NCBI GenBank assembly: GCA_963797095.1
Contig: CAWCNY010000001.1
Coordinates: forward strand, 416,001 to 480,000
DNA: 64,000 nt
Direction of reading: 5' to 3'
From: an uncultured Chloroflexia bacterium
Lineage (GTDB): Bacteria > Chloroflexota > Chloroflexia > QHBQ01 > JADMIH01
Shown: positions 9,787 through 19,679 of the stretch, piece after piece
Numbering within the stretch: position 1 is the first letter of the stretch
How the letters are laid out: the number at the start of each line of letters is the position of its first letter
Made by a program: the position numbers and the translations under genes
Notes under the pieces: model-generated
Databases searched by the model: none
Told to the model about the DNA's origin: nothing
What the model saw: the letters and a program-made list of their open reading frames with translations, nothing else

Positions 9787-10782
9787 GGCAGTGTCAGAAG
9801 TGGCGGCACACAGTCTCCCCAGTGAGGCTTATAGCGTCTTGGCCAAGCCTTAGGCCAAGGCTATCGCTTGCCGTTATGCCGTCATCAGCAGATATTGCAG
9901 GGCACCAATCTCTGCCTGAATAGGCGGCGTTGTTCGGACAGGGGTACCGTTTGTTTCGGCCTGGTGCGGTACCGGAAATAGTCCCTCTGCTCATCATAAG
10001 CCCGGCAAAGGCGTGAGGCCGAATCGAACTTCCCGAATCCGCGCATAGGGTAGTAGCGCTGTTTGATGCCTCGATGGTCTTGCTCGAGGCGATTGTTCAA
10101 GTAGCGGTTCGTGCGATGAACCACTTTTCGTCCGAGTATCCGGCGTATGGCCCGCGGGTAAGAATCGTGTCCGTCAGTAGTCACCCGATCTGGTACGCAC
10201 CCAGTCACATCTTTGGCCCCCTTGAAGAACTTCTTGGCTGCATCCATATCTCGCTGCTCCGAGAGCATCGAGTCCACCAGATTGCCATCCCCATCTATGG
10301 CACGATACAAGTAACACCATTTGCCACCAACCTTGACGTATGTCTCGTCCGTGTACCAGGACCGACCAACCTTACCTTTGCGCCTGGCACGTAGTTGCTC
10401 GGTGATCAGAGGAGCAAATCTGGCTTCCCAATCGCGTACAGCTTCATGAGTGAACTCGAACCCTCGGACCAAGAACATCTCTGACAGGTCGCGAAAACTC
10501 AACTTGTACCGGAGCCTCCACAGGACAACCAATAGGACCACATCCTTGGGGAAATGAAGTTGATTGAAAAGAGTACCAGTACGCTCGTTGAACTTGCGTT
10601 TACACTGCGAGCAGCGGAAAGTAGAATAACCGAGGGAGGTTTTGCCTGCCAACTGAGTAGTCGCAGAAGATGAGCAGTAAGGACACTTCATCAGGATTCC
10701 TTGTCAGGATGATTCTATCTATGGCAAGGATACCCGATGAGTTGCCTCAATACCAGCCCACACCCTGATTTCTGCCACTTCC
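9787..10782 (-). mobile_element. IS6-family insertion sequence
   Basis: IRs GGAAGTGGCAGAA (10770-10782, reverse complement) and GGCAGTGTCAGAA (9787). Confidence 0.8.
9885..10691 (-). CDS. IS6-family transposase
   Basis: WYTDETYVKV, YLYRAID, TTDGH, NNRLEQDHR; probable 1-nt loss in the last codons compared with the remnant at 32352. Confidence 0.9.
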   Translation of the reverse strand: MKCPYCSSSATTQLAGKTSLGYSTFRCSQCKRKFNERTGTLFNQLHFPKDVVLLVVLWRLRYKLSFRDLSEMFLVRGFEFTHEAVRDWEARFAPLITEQLRARRKGKVGRSWYTDETYVKVGGKWCYLYRAIDGDGNLVDSMLSEQRDMDAAKKFFKGAKDVTGCVPDRVTTDGHDSYPRAIRRILGRKVVHRTNRYLNNRLEQDHRGIKQRYYPMRGFGKFDSASRLCRAYDEQRDYFRYRTRPKQTVPLSEQRRLFRQRLVPCNIC

Positions 10783-10845
10783 TCGCAACTTCGCACCTTC
10801 CGGTACAGGGAGCTGAACGGCGGGCAATAGACCCGCTCCGAAAGT

Positions 10846-10880
10846 GATCAAGATGGGCAGCGAGACTGCCCATCTTGATC
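10846..10880. terminator. Perfect 15-bp stem-loop after the YdcF-like gene
   Basis: GATCAAGATGGGCAG-CGAGA-CTGCCCATCTTGATC. Confidence 0.65.
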
Positions 10881-10881
10881 G

Positions 10882-11490
10882 TTAATTCCTCTGCCCAACA
10901 AGAAACTTGACCTGGTACAGCATCAGCGATAGGGCATCGCGGCTTACCGTAAATGTCTTTATGTAGAGGTTATTCCAGTTTTGTGAGTCGACCGCTGGGG
11001 ACGGGTAGACCGTGATCTCTTGTCCCCAGATGTCGTGGGCGATCAGCGTGCTGCGCTTGATATGGAAAGGCTCCGTGACCAGGATCGCGCTGTGCCATCC
11101 TTTCGACTGTATGATAGCCTGGCTGTGTTCGATGTTCTGGATAGTGTTGTACAAATCGCTCTCGCGCACAATGGCGTCCGAGGGCACGCCATCGTCTTCG
11201 AGCACACGACTCAACACCGAGCTTTCTGTGGGGTTGCCGGTGGCAATGACATTGCCCGCGTATCCCTCCTTATAGAGGTCGGCGGCGTGGCCCCCGCGTG
11301 CGACCATGCAGGCGCTTGGCCCGTTTTGCCCGATGGGATTGCACCCCAGCACCACGATCACATCCGCGTGGGCCACGTAATCCGTTTCAGCCCCGGCAGC
11401 CACATACGCCGCGTCAATCCCGAACCAGAGTGCGGGCAGCAGTAAAGCAAGTGCCGACCACTTCAAAACGCGCCGCATCCTGGATCTCAT
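10882..11490 (-). CDS. YdcF/DUF218 family protein
   Basis: N-terminal TM helix, ADVIVVLG, E...NT.QN, LVTEPFHIKRS. Confidence 0.85.
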   Translation of the reverse strand: MRSRMRRVLKWSALALLLPALWFGIDAAYVAAGAETDYVAHADVIVVLGCNPIGQNGPSACMVARGGHAADLYKEGYAGNVIATGNPTESSVLSRVLEDDGVPSDAIVRESDLYNTIQNIEHSQAIIQSKGWHSAILVTEPFHIKRSTLIAHDIWGQEITVYPSPAVDSQNWNNLYIKTFTVSRDALSLMLYQVKFLVGQRN

Positions 11491-11593
11491 AGTATTATTC
11501 TAGCACGAAGCCCCCTGCTGCTTGCTAATGGCTTCTCTTTGAGATAGAATTAGTACGTGATTTCGGATTATCCACCAATGAGGATATTATTCA

Positions 11594-12046
11594 ATGTCGA
11601 ATAAATCAACCACCATAGGGATTGTGGACGAGATAATTGACCTGGACGGTATGTTGCAGCAGATCCTGCGGAACAGCTGGCCTGAGACCTGGCTGCAAAT
11701 CAACCTGCCGGTCGGGTCGACACGTGCGCTGTTTGCAATCGAGAGCAAGGAAGCGCGCACGCCCGGCGGGGTGGCCGAGGCGCTTGGCGTGAGCCGTACC
11801 ACGGTCACAGGTATGCTCGACCGCCTTGAGGGTGAGGGCCTGCTTACCCGCTCCATCGACCCCAACGATAGGCGCTGCTTCATGCTTGAGCTTACGCCAA
11901 AGGCGCGCAGCCTGATCGAAGAGATAGAGGGGAGTCGTCGCGACCGCTTGAATGAGGCACTAACCTCTATGTCCCAGGAAGAGTTGCAAGCTCTCCGTAC
12001 AGGGCTTGGGGCGCTGCTCCACCAAATGCAACCGCCCAACTTATAA
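11594..12046 (+). CDS. MarR-family regulator
   Basis: wHTH VAEALGVSRTTVTGMLDRLE..GL..R..DPNDRR. Confidence 0.9.
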   Translation: MSNKSTTIGIVDEIIDLDGMLQQILRNSWPETWLQINLPVGSTRALFAIESKEARTPGGVAEALGVSRTTVTGMLDRLEGEGLLTRSIDPNDRRCFMLELTPKARSLIEEIEGSRRDRLNEALTSMSQEELQALRTGLGALLHQMQPPNL

Positions 12047-12141
12047 AGCATAGTCCATAGAAGAGTTATCAGGAGACATATTACATGGCGAACAGCAAAT
12101 TGCATCACATCCACTATAAGGGGTAAACCCAACATTCGTGA

Positions 12142-12201
12142 GTTGAACTAAGCCGCTCCCTCGCGAGAACGACTCGTCTTCAAAACCGGACATGAACCGT
12201 T
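12142..12201 (-). ncRNA. 3' remnant of a second group II intron (half of domain V plus domain VI)
   Basis: Minus strand TCATGTCCGGTTTTGAAGACGAGTCGTTCTCGCGAGGGAGCGGCTTAGTTCAAC resembles the DV/DVI at 12405-12480; cut off at the IS3 end. Confidence 0.7.
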
Positions 12202-12404
12202 TGGGCTTACCCCGATACAAATGACTCGGTGATATTGGATTGGTGAGTGCGCTCGAAGGCCTCAGGGCTCATGTAGCCGATGGCCGAATGCCGCCTCTTT
12301 CGATTGTACCAAACTTCGATATATTCGAAGATGCTCTGCCTGGCTTCCGAGCGCGAGGCGTAAACGCCGGTTGCGCATTCGGCCTTGAGCGTCGACCAAA
12401 AGCT

Positions 12405-14934
12405 GGTGGCTAAGGTTCTACGGTCGCCCGCAGAACCTCGCCTTCAAATCCGGACGTGAGGGTTTCCCACTCATCCGGCTCCTCAGCTATACGGTCCTTG
12501 TCCTGGATACCTCGTACGGTAGACTTATCGCCTGCCGTTTTTACGTCGTGACAATGCCGATGGAGTAATTGCCAGTTCGCGTATGTTTCTCGTCCTCCCC
12601 GACTTTGTGGGGTTATGTGGTCCACTTCGCGTAGCTCTTCTCCACCTCTAAAGTACATCTTGCACCAGGCGCACCTGCCGGCCTGCCGTTTGAGCAGTAC
12701 TGCTGCTCTCGTTGTCAGACCTGGATAGCGCCCTAGCCTGCTTGCCCAGTAAACCCAGTCGCCGTTGTATGGGCTTTGTCGTCCCTCGACTTTGATATGC
12801 CGTCTGATTGCGGTACTTGCGTGCCTTATCAGCGCAGGTCCATTGTCGGAAACGAATAGCCAGCCTTTCTCGCCAGATCGTTTGTGACCCTCGATGTTGA
12901 AGTACTTGCGTACTACCCACTGACTGCCTTTCTTCGGATGGCGATATTTTGCCCAGCGCATCAACTTGTTCCAGACCAGGTGGTCTAGCTTGTTGAACGC
13001 TTTCGACGCTACGACTGTGCGATAATACCCACTCCAACCCCGGATTTTGGGGTTCAGTGTTGCTATCACGGTGCTTTGTGGCGCCGCTTTTAGCCTAGCA
13101 ATTACCTCACTCAGCGATGCATAGTGCCGTTGCAACGCTGTTTTGCTGGGTTTAATGATGGTTTTGAAGTCCACCCTTTCGTTAGTTCGTCCTCTTGTCC
13201 TACCTCCTGTTTTCACAAAGTGCGTTTTACCTACCTGGTAATGCCGCACATTGAAACCCAGAAAGTCGAACCCTGCGCCTCCCGCTTCACCCGCTTCCCC
13301 TGTTTCACCTTCAACTGCTTGCAGTGTGTGGGTTATGCGAGTCTTGCTTGGCTTCAACTCCAGACCCATGTGTTTCAGCCATTCCGCTACCACTTCCTTG
13401 CTCCGCTGGATTACTGCCTGGTCACGATGCAGGATGACCAGATCGTCGGCATAGCGAATGATCTGGGGTTTCCAGTTCTGTATCCTGTGGCCGTGTACCA
13501 TCTGGTTGGCAGGAAAGGCATCACGCACGGCTGTTTCCAGTCCATGCAGCGCCACATTGGCGAGCAGAGGAGAGATAACACCCCCTTGCTGTGTACCTTC
13601 TTCCGTCGGGAACAGTTCGTCGCCTTCCATCACCCCTGCTTTTAGCCAGCCTCTAATGACCCGCCTTAGCATTGGGGTGGTGTCCAGTTTCTCAAGCATT
13701 GCCTCCTGGTCGATTCTATCGAAGCATTTGGCAATGTCAGCATCAAGCACATATTTTTGCATGTACTTGATGCTGTCGAAGATAGCAGCGATGGCATCAT
13801 GGGCAGAGCGTCCTGGGCGAAAGCCATAGCTATTGGGTTCGAATTTGGCTTCCCATTCGGGTTCAAGTGCCAGTTTGACCAATGCTTGTGCTGCTCGGTC
13901 ATGCATCACGGGAATACCGAGGGGTCGTTTGTCCGGTGTGCCAGGCTTGGGTATCCAGACCCGTCGCACCGGTTGTGGCTTACCTCGCAGGTCCAGAGAT
14001 TGTACAAGCTCCATGCGTTGTTGAGGAGTTAGAGATTTCACCCCGTCAATTCCGGCGGTTTTCTTGCCCTGGTTATCCTGTGTTACCCGTCTTACCGCCA
14101 AGCATCTGGCTGCCCAGGACCTAACCATCAGGTGTTGCAATCTGTGTACAGTTTTTCTTTCGTCACGTTGTGAGGCTTGGTAAATGCGCTTTTGGAGCTT
14201 GAAAACCGCCTGTTCGATTACTCGCCAGGGGAGGGTTTTCCATTCATACACTGGCATTTGCGCTTGAGCTTGCGCTAACGCTGATACCGTGCTCATGACA
14301 TTTTTTACTCCTATTCGTGCCCTTACCATCCGTATGCCGTGCCCACGTCTGCCTGTTTGGGCTTCTTGGGCAATCCCTACACTCAGTGGTTTGCGGCTGA
14401 CGACCTGCTCCACATGAGGAACTTGATGCTCCTCATGTGGAGAACCAACTGAGTGGTTACCCCGTTCCTGGTATTCGTTTTGCGTAGTTTTAGGACCGTA
14501 CTATCCGCCGGGTTTAGTGGGAATGAAAACTGGTCGGATAGAAAACCGCCAGCCCCTATCCTTGTCCTTTTGGACCAGGCCATAGAACCTGCGTAGGCCT
14601 GTTCGCGCTAACGACGGTTCAGCTGTACGTTCACTTTCGTTGTCCATGACTGCCTGCTGGCAAGTTGTCGGCATCAGGTTTGTCGTTGGCTTGCGTTCCA
14701 CCCATGCACCGCACAGATTTGATGGTCAGTCGCACCCATGTGGGTGGGGCATTTCCTTGTTCATTTCAAGGGTGGGGAATTGGACTAGACCGCACCTAAA
14801 CCTCACCCCACATCGAATACCAAGTTATCAAGGGAGAATGGTCGGCATCCATCCTCCCCAGTCTCACATTCGAGTCGCTATTGTCCCCCATTGCAAGGCA
14901 ACAAAGTTGACAATTATATGAGAACGGGTCGCAC
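12405..14934 (-). mobile_element. Complete group II intron (2530 nt)
   Basis: 5' end GTGCGACCCG at 14934; domain V GAGCCGGATGAGTGGGAAACCCTCACGTCCGGATTTG; 3' end TTAGCCACC at 12405; removal restores DNAVME|SFWSTLKAE. Confidence 0.92.
12410..14296 (-). CDS. ltrA: Group II intron reverse transcriptase/maturase with HNH endonuclease
   Basis: KTAGIDG, RPLGIP, QGGVISPLLAN, YADD, X domain LNPKIRGW, C-terminal CAWC..VDHI..HRHCH; start placed at MSTVSA. Confidence 0.93.
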   Translation of the reverse strand: MSTVSALAQAQAQMPVYEWKTLPWRVIEQAVFKLQKRIYQASQRDERKTVHRLQHLMVRSWAARCLAVRRVTQDNQGKKTAGIDGVKSLTPQQRMELVQSLDLRGKPQPVRRVWIPKPGTPDKRPLGIPVMHDRAAQALVKLALEPEWEAKFEPNSYGFRPGRSAHDAIAAIFDSIKYMQKYVLDADIAKCFDRIDQEAMLEKLDTTPMLRRVIRGWLKAGVMEGDELFPTEEGTQQGGVISPLLANVALHGLETAVRDAFPANQMVHGHRIQNWKPQIIRYADDLVILHRDQAVIQRSKEVVAEWLKHMGLELKPSKTRITHTLQAVEGETGEAGEAGGAGFDFLGFNVRHYQVGKTHFVKTGGRTRGRTNERVDFKTIIKPSKTALQRHYASLSEVIARLKAAPQSTVIATLNPKIRGWSGYYRTVVASKAFNKLDHLVWNKLMRWAKYRHPKKGSQWVVRKYFNIEGHKRSGEKGWLFVSDNGPALIRHASTAIRRHIKVEGRQSPYNGDWVYWASRLGRYPGLTTRAAVLLKRQAGRCAWCKMYFRGGEELREVDHITPQSRGGRETYANWQLLHRHCHDVKTAGDKSTVRGIQDKDRIAEEPDEWETLTSGFEGEVLRATVEP

Positions 14935-15640
14935 CTCCATTACTGCGTTGTCATAGCAATCCCCCTTTCTGCTCATACTCACCTGCATGTGATGAGCACT
15001 GAGTAACTGCTGGTAGCTGTGCGAAGCGTATTGACTGCCCCTATTGGAGTGATGCAGTACCCCTTTGCATGGCCGCCGCCCGGCGGCGGCCATGCAAAGG
15101 GCGGATTCTACCAGGTTGGTTTCCATTGTCTTGTCCATAGCCCACCCCACCACACGGCGGGAGTAGATGTCGAGCATCGCGGCCAGGTAGAGCCAGCCCT
15201 CTCGGGTTTCGATATAGGTGATATCTCCAACCCACTTTTCGTTAGGTCCTTGTGCCCAGAACTGGCGGTTGAGCGTGTTCGGGGCGACTGGGTAGTTGTG
15301 ACGAGAATTGGTAGTAGTCACCTTGTACGCCCGATGCTTTCTTGCTTGTATACCTGTCTTGCGCATGAGACGAGCCACGCGGTTGAGGCTGCACGTCATT
15401 CCACTTTCCTTTAGCTCGGCATGGATGCGTGGTGCTCCGTACGTGCCTCGGCTCCGCTTGAACTCAGTCTGTATGGCCGCTGTTAGCTGTTGATTAGCAT
15501 CTCTCTCCTCGAAGGTGGCTCTTCTAGGCGTTTCACCCAGTTGTAGTATCCGCCTCTCGATACTCCAAGCACTCGGCACATGATTTTGACTTCGTACTCC
15601 TGCTGGTGCTTGTGGATAAAGGCGAACTTTACTCTTGGTT
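14935..15640 (-). pseudogene. IS3 orfB, exon 1 (exon 2 starts at 12404)
   Basis: YGAPRI, WVGDITYI, HSNRGSQY (Asn in place of the catalytic Asp), frameshift near the GA run at about 15500. Confidence 0.8.
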
Positions 15641-15991
15641 TGGCGTCTTGGAGAAGATGGCGAGCGCTTTTTTTAGTATGTCCCTCTCTTGGCGCAGGAT
15701 TTCGTTCTCTCGCTTCAGCCTGCTCAGCTCAGCTTCCGCCTCGTTCTGGTGTCCAATGCCTGGAAACGCTTGCTGCAAATTGCCCCCTTCCTTATTGAAT
15801 GCCTTTTCCCACAGGTGCAACTGCCCTTGATACAGACCTAGTTCTCGCTCTAATTCAGTCTTGGTCCTGCCGCTGCTCTTGAGGAGACGCAGCGCTTCTA
15901 GCTTGAACTCTCGGCTGTATACTTTCTTCGGTGGCATCGCAGGTCTTACTGGTCCTGTCTGCTGGAGTGTTTGGGACCTGTTAGGCATCAT
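15629..15991 (-). CDS. IS3 orfA
   Basis: YSREFKLEAL HTH, EILRQERDILKKA with an A7G slippery run. Confidence 0.85.
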   Translation of the reverse strand: MMPNRSQTLQQTGPVRPAMPPKKVYSREFKLEALRLLKSSGRTKTELERELGLYQGQLHLWEKAFNKEGGNLQQAFPGIGHQNEAEAELSRLKRENEILRQERDILKKALAIFSKTPNQE

Positions 15992-16055
15992 TTAGTTCTT
16001 CCTCCATATTGTGGACCAGAGTCTTTCTCTTGTCCACTTTTCTGGGGGAAGCCCA

Positions 16056-16743
16056 CTCGCAGAGTCGCATCGACTGCTGTGCTGACGAAATCGTCCAACA
16101 AGGCTCGCGGTGCTGGGGCCTGCGTCGGGTCGTCGGTAACAGCCCTGACCAGCGGGGGGAGCGCGTTCGCCAGCGCGGCCATCTTCTGCGTTCGCTCAGG
16201 AGCGAGGCGCAAGCGCCAGAGCGCGCGTAGCCGGTAGCCATCGCGCACCAGCGCCGGCATTACCTCCTGAGCGGCCACCACTTCCATCGCCAGCAGCGCT
16301 GCCAGGTGCCAGACCCGTAGGTCGGCGCCCAGCCCCCTGGCTGACCCGACCGATCCCGCCGACCCAAGTACCAGCAGCAGATCGATGGCAGGCCCAAGTG
16401 GGCAGGCAAACCCCGTTACCTGCCAGGCACGCAGCTCTATCTCGCCTTCAGGTGGTGTTACCGCGCCACCGGATAGAAGCTCAGGGGAGAGTACGGGGCC
16501 ATTTCCGGCGGATGGTAGCCAGATAGTGCGAGCCTGTTCTTCGAGATCCGTTGCGGGCACCGGTAGTGAGTGGCGCTCCAGGTACTCGCGGAGCTGTGCT
16601 GGCGTGCTGCCAAAGGGGTGCCGCGGTATGGCAGGTAACTTCGGATGGCGGCCCTTGTGCGAAATGGAGTGGGCGCTCTCGCCCCATAGGAAGAACCGCC
16701 TCGTGCCCGGCAGCCAGGTGCCGTGCAGAACTTCAGTGCTCAT
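16056..16743 (-). pseudogene. SNF2-family helicase N-terminal fragment truncated by IS3
   Basis: VLHGTW...FLWGE...HPF, ADLR.W, MP.L...RA.W typical of the N-terminus of bacterial SNF2 proteins; frame runs into the IS3 IR. Confidence 0.7.
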
Positions 16744-16786
16744 GTTAGTGTGCTTATGCCCTTGATAGTTCGATGGTTCTTTAATG

Positions 16787-17248
16787 CTATGGTTCTTTTG
16801 GGAACCAGCCGCCCGGGGTCACATGCACCTCGCGGTATCCTTTGAAATCATGTACTGCTTCTAGCATTTCTTCAATGGATTGGGGTTGGCGCATCCCCTC
16901 ACGCCAGGTCTTCCTCTCCACGGTGCCGAGCACAAGGTAATCGTCTTCGGTAACATCAGCAGCGCGCTTGCCAAGAAAGGCCGCCAGCACTCCCTCAACC
17001 TCGTCCTGGTGGGCTATCAAGAGATCGCAGGTCGGGCAGTAGCGGCAGGTCTTGTTCAGCGCAAGTAGTTGAATGGGTTCGATGTGGATCAGCAATGGCA
17101 GCTTGCGCTGCCTGGTCTTGCCGCCGCATCCTGGACAGGTGGAGAAGCGAACATCCTGGTATGGGTTCAGGACGAAATCGTAGAGGGGCGGCAGCTTGCC
17201 GAAGTGTCTGTCTTGTCTCTTCTTAGCACGCTTGTTAGCACCCATCAC
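16787..17248 (-). CDS. Hypothetical Zn-binding protein
   Basis: CPGC and CRYCPTC motifs; co-oriented upstream of SNF2. Confidence 0.6.
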   Translation of the reverse strand: MMGANKRAKKRQDRHFGKLPPLYDFVLNPYQDVRFSTCPGCGGKTRQRKLPLLIHIEPIQLLALNKTCRYCPTCDLLIAHQDEVEGVLAAFLGKRAADVTEDDYLVLGTVERKTWREGMRQPQSIEEMLEAVHDFKGYREVHVTPGGWFPKEP

Positions 17249-17272
17249 GCATCACGCATCGCACACCGCACA

Positions 17273-17719
17273 TCATAGTTCAAGGTTGTCAAGTACCAGA
17301 ATACGCAGTTCAACGACACGACCCAATTTGGTGTCATTCGTCAGAAATGCTTGGCAACCGGAAAGCAAAGCCGCCGCAATTTGCAGGGCATCTGGTGTTC
17401 GCAATCCGTAGCGAGAGCGCAAATCGGCAGCGCGCTCTGCGATGGTCATGTCTATGCTTGTGACCTCGAAATGGTCGCTATGGAGCAGCAGATCGCGGTA
17501 TTCTTGTTGAAGCTGGGTATTGTTATGCAGGAGGGGCTGCACGAGCACTTCTGTAACAGTAATAGCTGATGTTATGCCGGTGAGGCTCCCGCGCGCAATA
17601 AGGTCGAATATATGCTCAACCAGCGCCTCATAGCGAGGGTGAGCCTCGATGTAGTAGATAATGGGAGCGGTGTCGAGGCCCAGACGCGCAACTCCTGCCA
17701 GGGCGTCATCGAGCTTCAT
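17273..17719 (-). CDS. PIN-domain (VapC-like) toxin
   Basis: LDTAPIIY, TEVLV, LRTPDALQIA, FLTND. Confidence 0.9.
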   Translation of the reverse strand: MKLDDALAGVARLGLDTAPIIYYIEAHPRYEALVEHIFDLIARGSLTGITSAITVTEVLVQPLLHNNTQLQQEYRDLLLHSDHFEVTSIDMTIAERAADLRSRYGLRTPDALQIAAALLSGCQAFLTNDTKLGRVVELRILVLDNLEL

Positions 17720-18026
17720 CGGAGTTGTTGGAGTTGTCGGAGGGAGATGGGTATTCTCCCTGTTCCTGCTGTTCCCGATGTTCCCACTCATCGCGCAGTT
17801 GATCTACATAGTTTTGGGCGTCAACTCCTTCCCAGATTTCCTTGCCCAGCCCATGCAGTTCGGTAATGCTGCGCCTAGGTAGAGTAGGTAGCCCGGCAGG
17901 TAATCCGGCAGCCGAAGGTTCAGCTGCTAACCTCTGTGCAAGCATGGCAAGGAGTCGCAGCTGCTCCGGTACAGGTAGCGAACTCACATAGCGTTCATAG
18001 ATTTCTTGTGCGCTTGCCGTTCTCAT
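17706..18026 (-). CDS. Putative antitoxin
   Basis: Overlaps the PIN gene start; ITELHGLGKEIW..DAQ.YV..LR.EW C-terminal motif. Confidence 0.7.
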   Translation of the reverse strand: MRTASAQEIYERYVSSLPVPEQLRLLAMLAQRLAAEPSAAGLPAGLPTLPRRSITELHGLGKEIWEGVDAQNYVDQLRDEWEHREQQEQGEYPSPSDNSNNSDEAR

Positions 18027-18387
18027 GCATCATACCCCTCACGCCTCATGCCTCACTGGAGATCCTATCGAAAGCATATCAGAACTCCGTGCTTTATTCA
18101 ATGCTCTTCAGGCTTCCGGGCTTCTCGCAGGGCTCATGTATGCTAAACCAAAAGGTCTGACAAGACCAAGTCCGCACGCTGCTTGGGCGACCAAGCAACT
18201 CTCTGTGGGTGTCCGCTTCGCCAGCGTGGGGCAGCGAGCTAGCATACATGAACCCTTCTTGACAGAACCTTTTGACAGGAATGGTACACTGATATCGCTT
18301 CGTGCTTAGCATACCAAAACACTGTGCAGAATGTCCCTTCTGTATACCGTTTTGTATATACTCCTGCAAAACCTGTAGGAGAAACGC

Positions 18388-18854
18388 ATGGAAAAGACCC
18401 CTGCCAACACCCCTTATCCCGACAAATTCGCTTTACGAAAGATGGAGGACCCGTCGCCCCCGACGATCGTGGGCATCCTCAATAGCATTCACGTCACCGG
18501 TGTCACGGCAACCATCCCTGATAGCTTGGAGAGTTGGATCAATGGCTATTTGCAACTCGCTGTTGAGGGCATACGGTCTGAAGCGGTTGCCCAGAAGATA
18601 GCTTTGCACTTACGCCGCTTCCTCAACTTCTTCATTGAGGGTTACGGCCATGACCGCATCTCCACTTGTCTGCGCCGTGATGTAATCGCCTGGCAACGCT
18701 CCCTCCTCGATGGTGGACTGGCCCACTCCACTGTCAACAACCATCTGGCTTCGCTCTCCACCTTCACCACCTGGGTACACGCTCAGGCTCCTCACCTGTT
18801 TGCAGCGGGCGATCCAACCAAGGGGGTCGGGGAATTGGGGCTGCCACCGTTGGA
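18388..18854 (+). pseudogene. Tyrosine integrase N-terminal (SAM-like) fragment truncated by IS6
   Basis: GLAHSTVNNHLASLS.F..W, DPTKGV; IS6 IR starts at 18855. Confidence 0.7.
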
Positions 18855-19270
18855 GGAAGTGGCAGAACTCAGGGCGCGGGTTGATATGGGGGCAACTCAT
18901 TGGGTATCCTTGCCATAAATAAATCATCCTGCAAGGAATCCTGATGAATTGTCCTTACTGCTCATCTTCTGCGACTACCCAACTGGCTGGCAATACCTCC
19001 CTCGGTTATCACACGTTCCGCTGCTCGCAGTGTAAGCGCAAGTTCAACGAGCGAACCGGCACTCCATTCAATTTCCTGGAGTACCCAACAGACGTTGTGC
19101 TTCTCGTCGTCCTGTGGCGGCTACGCTATAAGTTGAGCCTTCGCGACCTGGCAGAAATGTTTCTGGTGCGCGGCTTCGAGTTCACGCATGAAGCAGTTAG
19201 GAACTGGGAAGCTCGCTTTGCTCCCCTAATCACTGCGCAATTGCGTACCAGACGAAAGGGCAAGGCTGGC
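18855..19270 (+). mobile_element. IS6 left half, truncated by IS3
   Basis: IR GGAAGTGGCAGAA; ORF from 18944 nearly matches the N-terminus of the 9885-10691 transposase. Confidence 0.85.
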
Positions 19271-19349
19271 TGTAGTGCGCCCCGGGACTTGGACACAGCG
19301 GATAATCAATGTCGTATGATGGTCCAAGAACGGAAAGGAGCGCAACAAG

Positions 19350-19679
19350 ATGCCTCAGATGCAAAATCGGCGGAGTTTCAGCGCCGAGTTCAAAGCGCAG
19401 GTAGTGCTGGAAATCCTCACAGGAGCCAAGAGTGTAGCTCAGGCCTCTCGCGAGTACTCCATCAAGCCCGAATTGCTGTCCAGATGGAAAGCCGATTTCG
19501 TGGCAAGTGCCCCCAAGCTCTTCGAGAACGGCCCTTCCGGACGAGTGGCCGACCCACAAGCAGAACGGATAGCCGAGTTGGAGAGGCTGGTTGGACGCAT
19601 GACTCTGGAGATGGAAATCCTAAAAAAGGGGTCTGCGATCTTGAATGCAGAGCTGAGCAGAAAAGGCGGGCAGTCGTGA
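19350..19679 (+). CDS. IS3 orfA
   Basis: RRSFSAEFKAQVV HTH; ELERLVG..TLE.EILKK. Confidence 0.88.
   Translation: MPQMQNRRSFSAEFKAQVVLEILTGAKSVAQASREYSIKPELLSRWKADFVASAPKLFENGPSGRVADPQAERIAELERLVGRMTLEMEILKKGSAILNAELSRKGGQS

Larger units (their letters stand above)
12202..16055 (-). mobile_element. IS3-family element interrupted by a group II intron
   Basis: IRs starting TGGGCTT.CCC at 16055 and 12202; orfA plus split orfB; no target duplication. Confidence 0.85.

Noticed and set aside
12410-14413. Retron, DGR or CRISPR-associated RT
   Set aside because: GTGCG start, domains V/VI, X and HNH domains and restorable exons identify a group II intron
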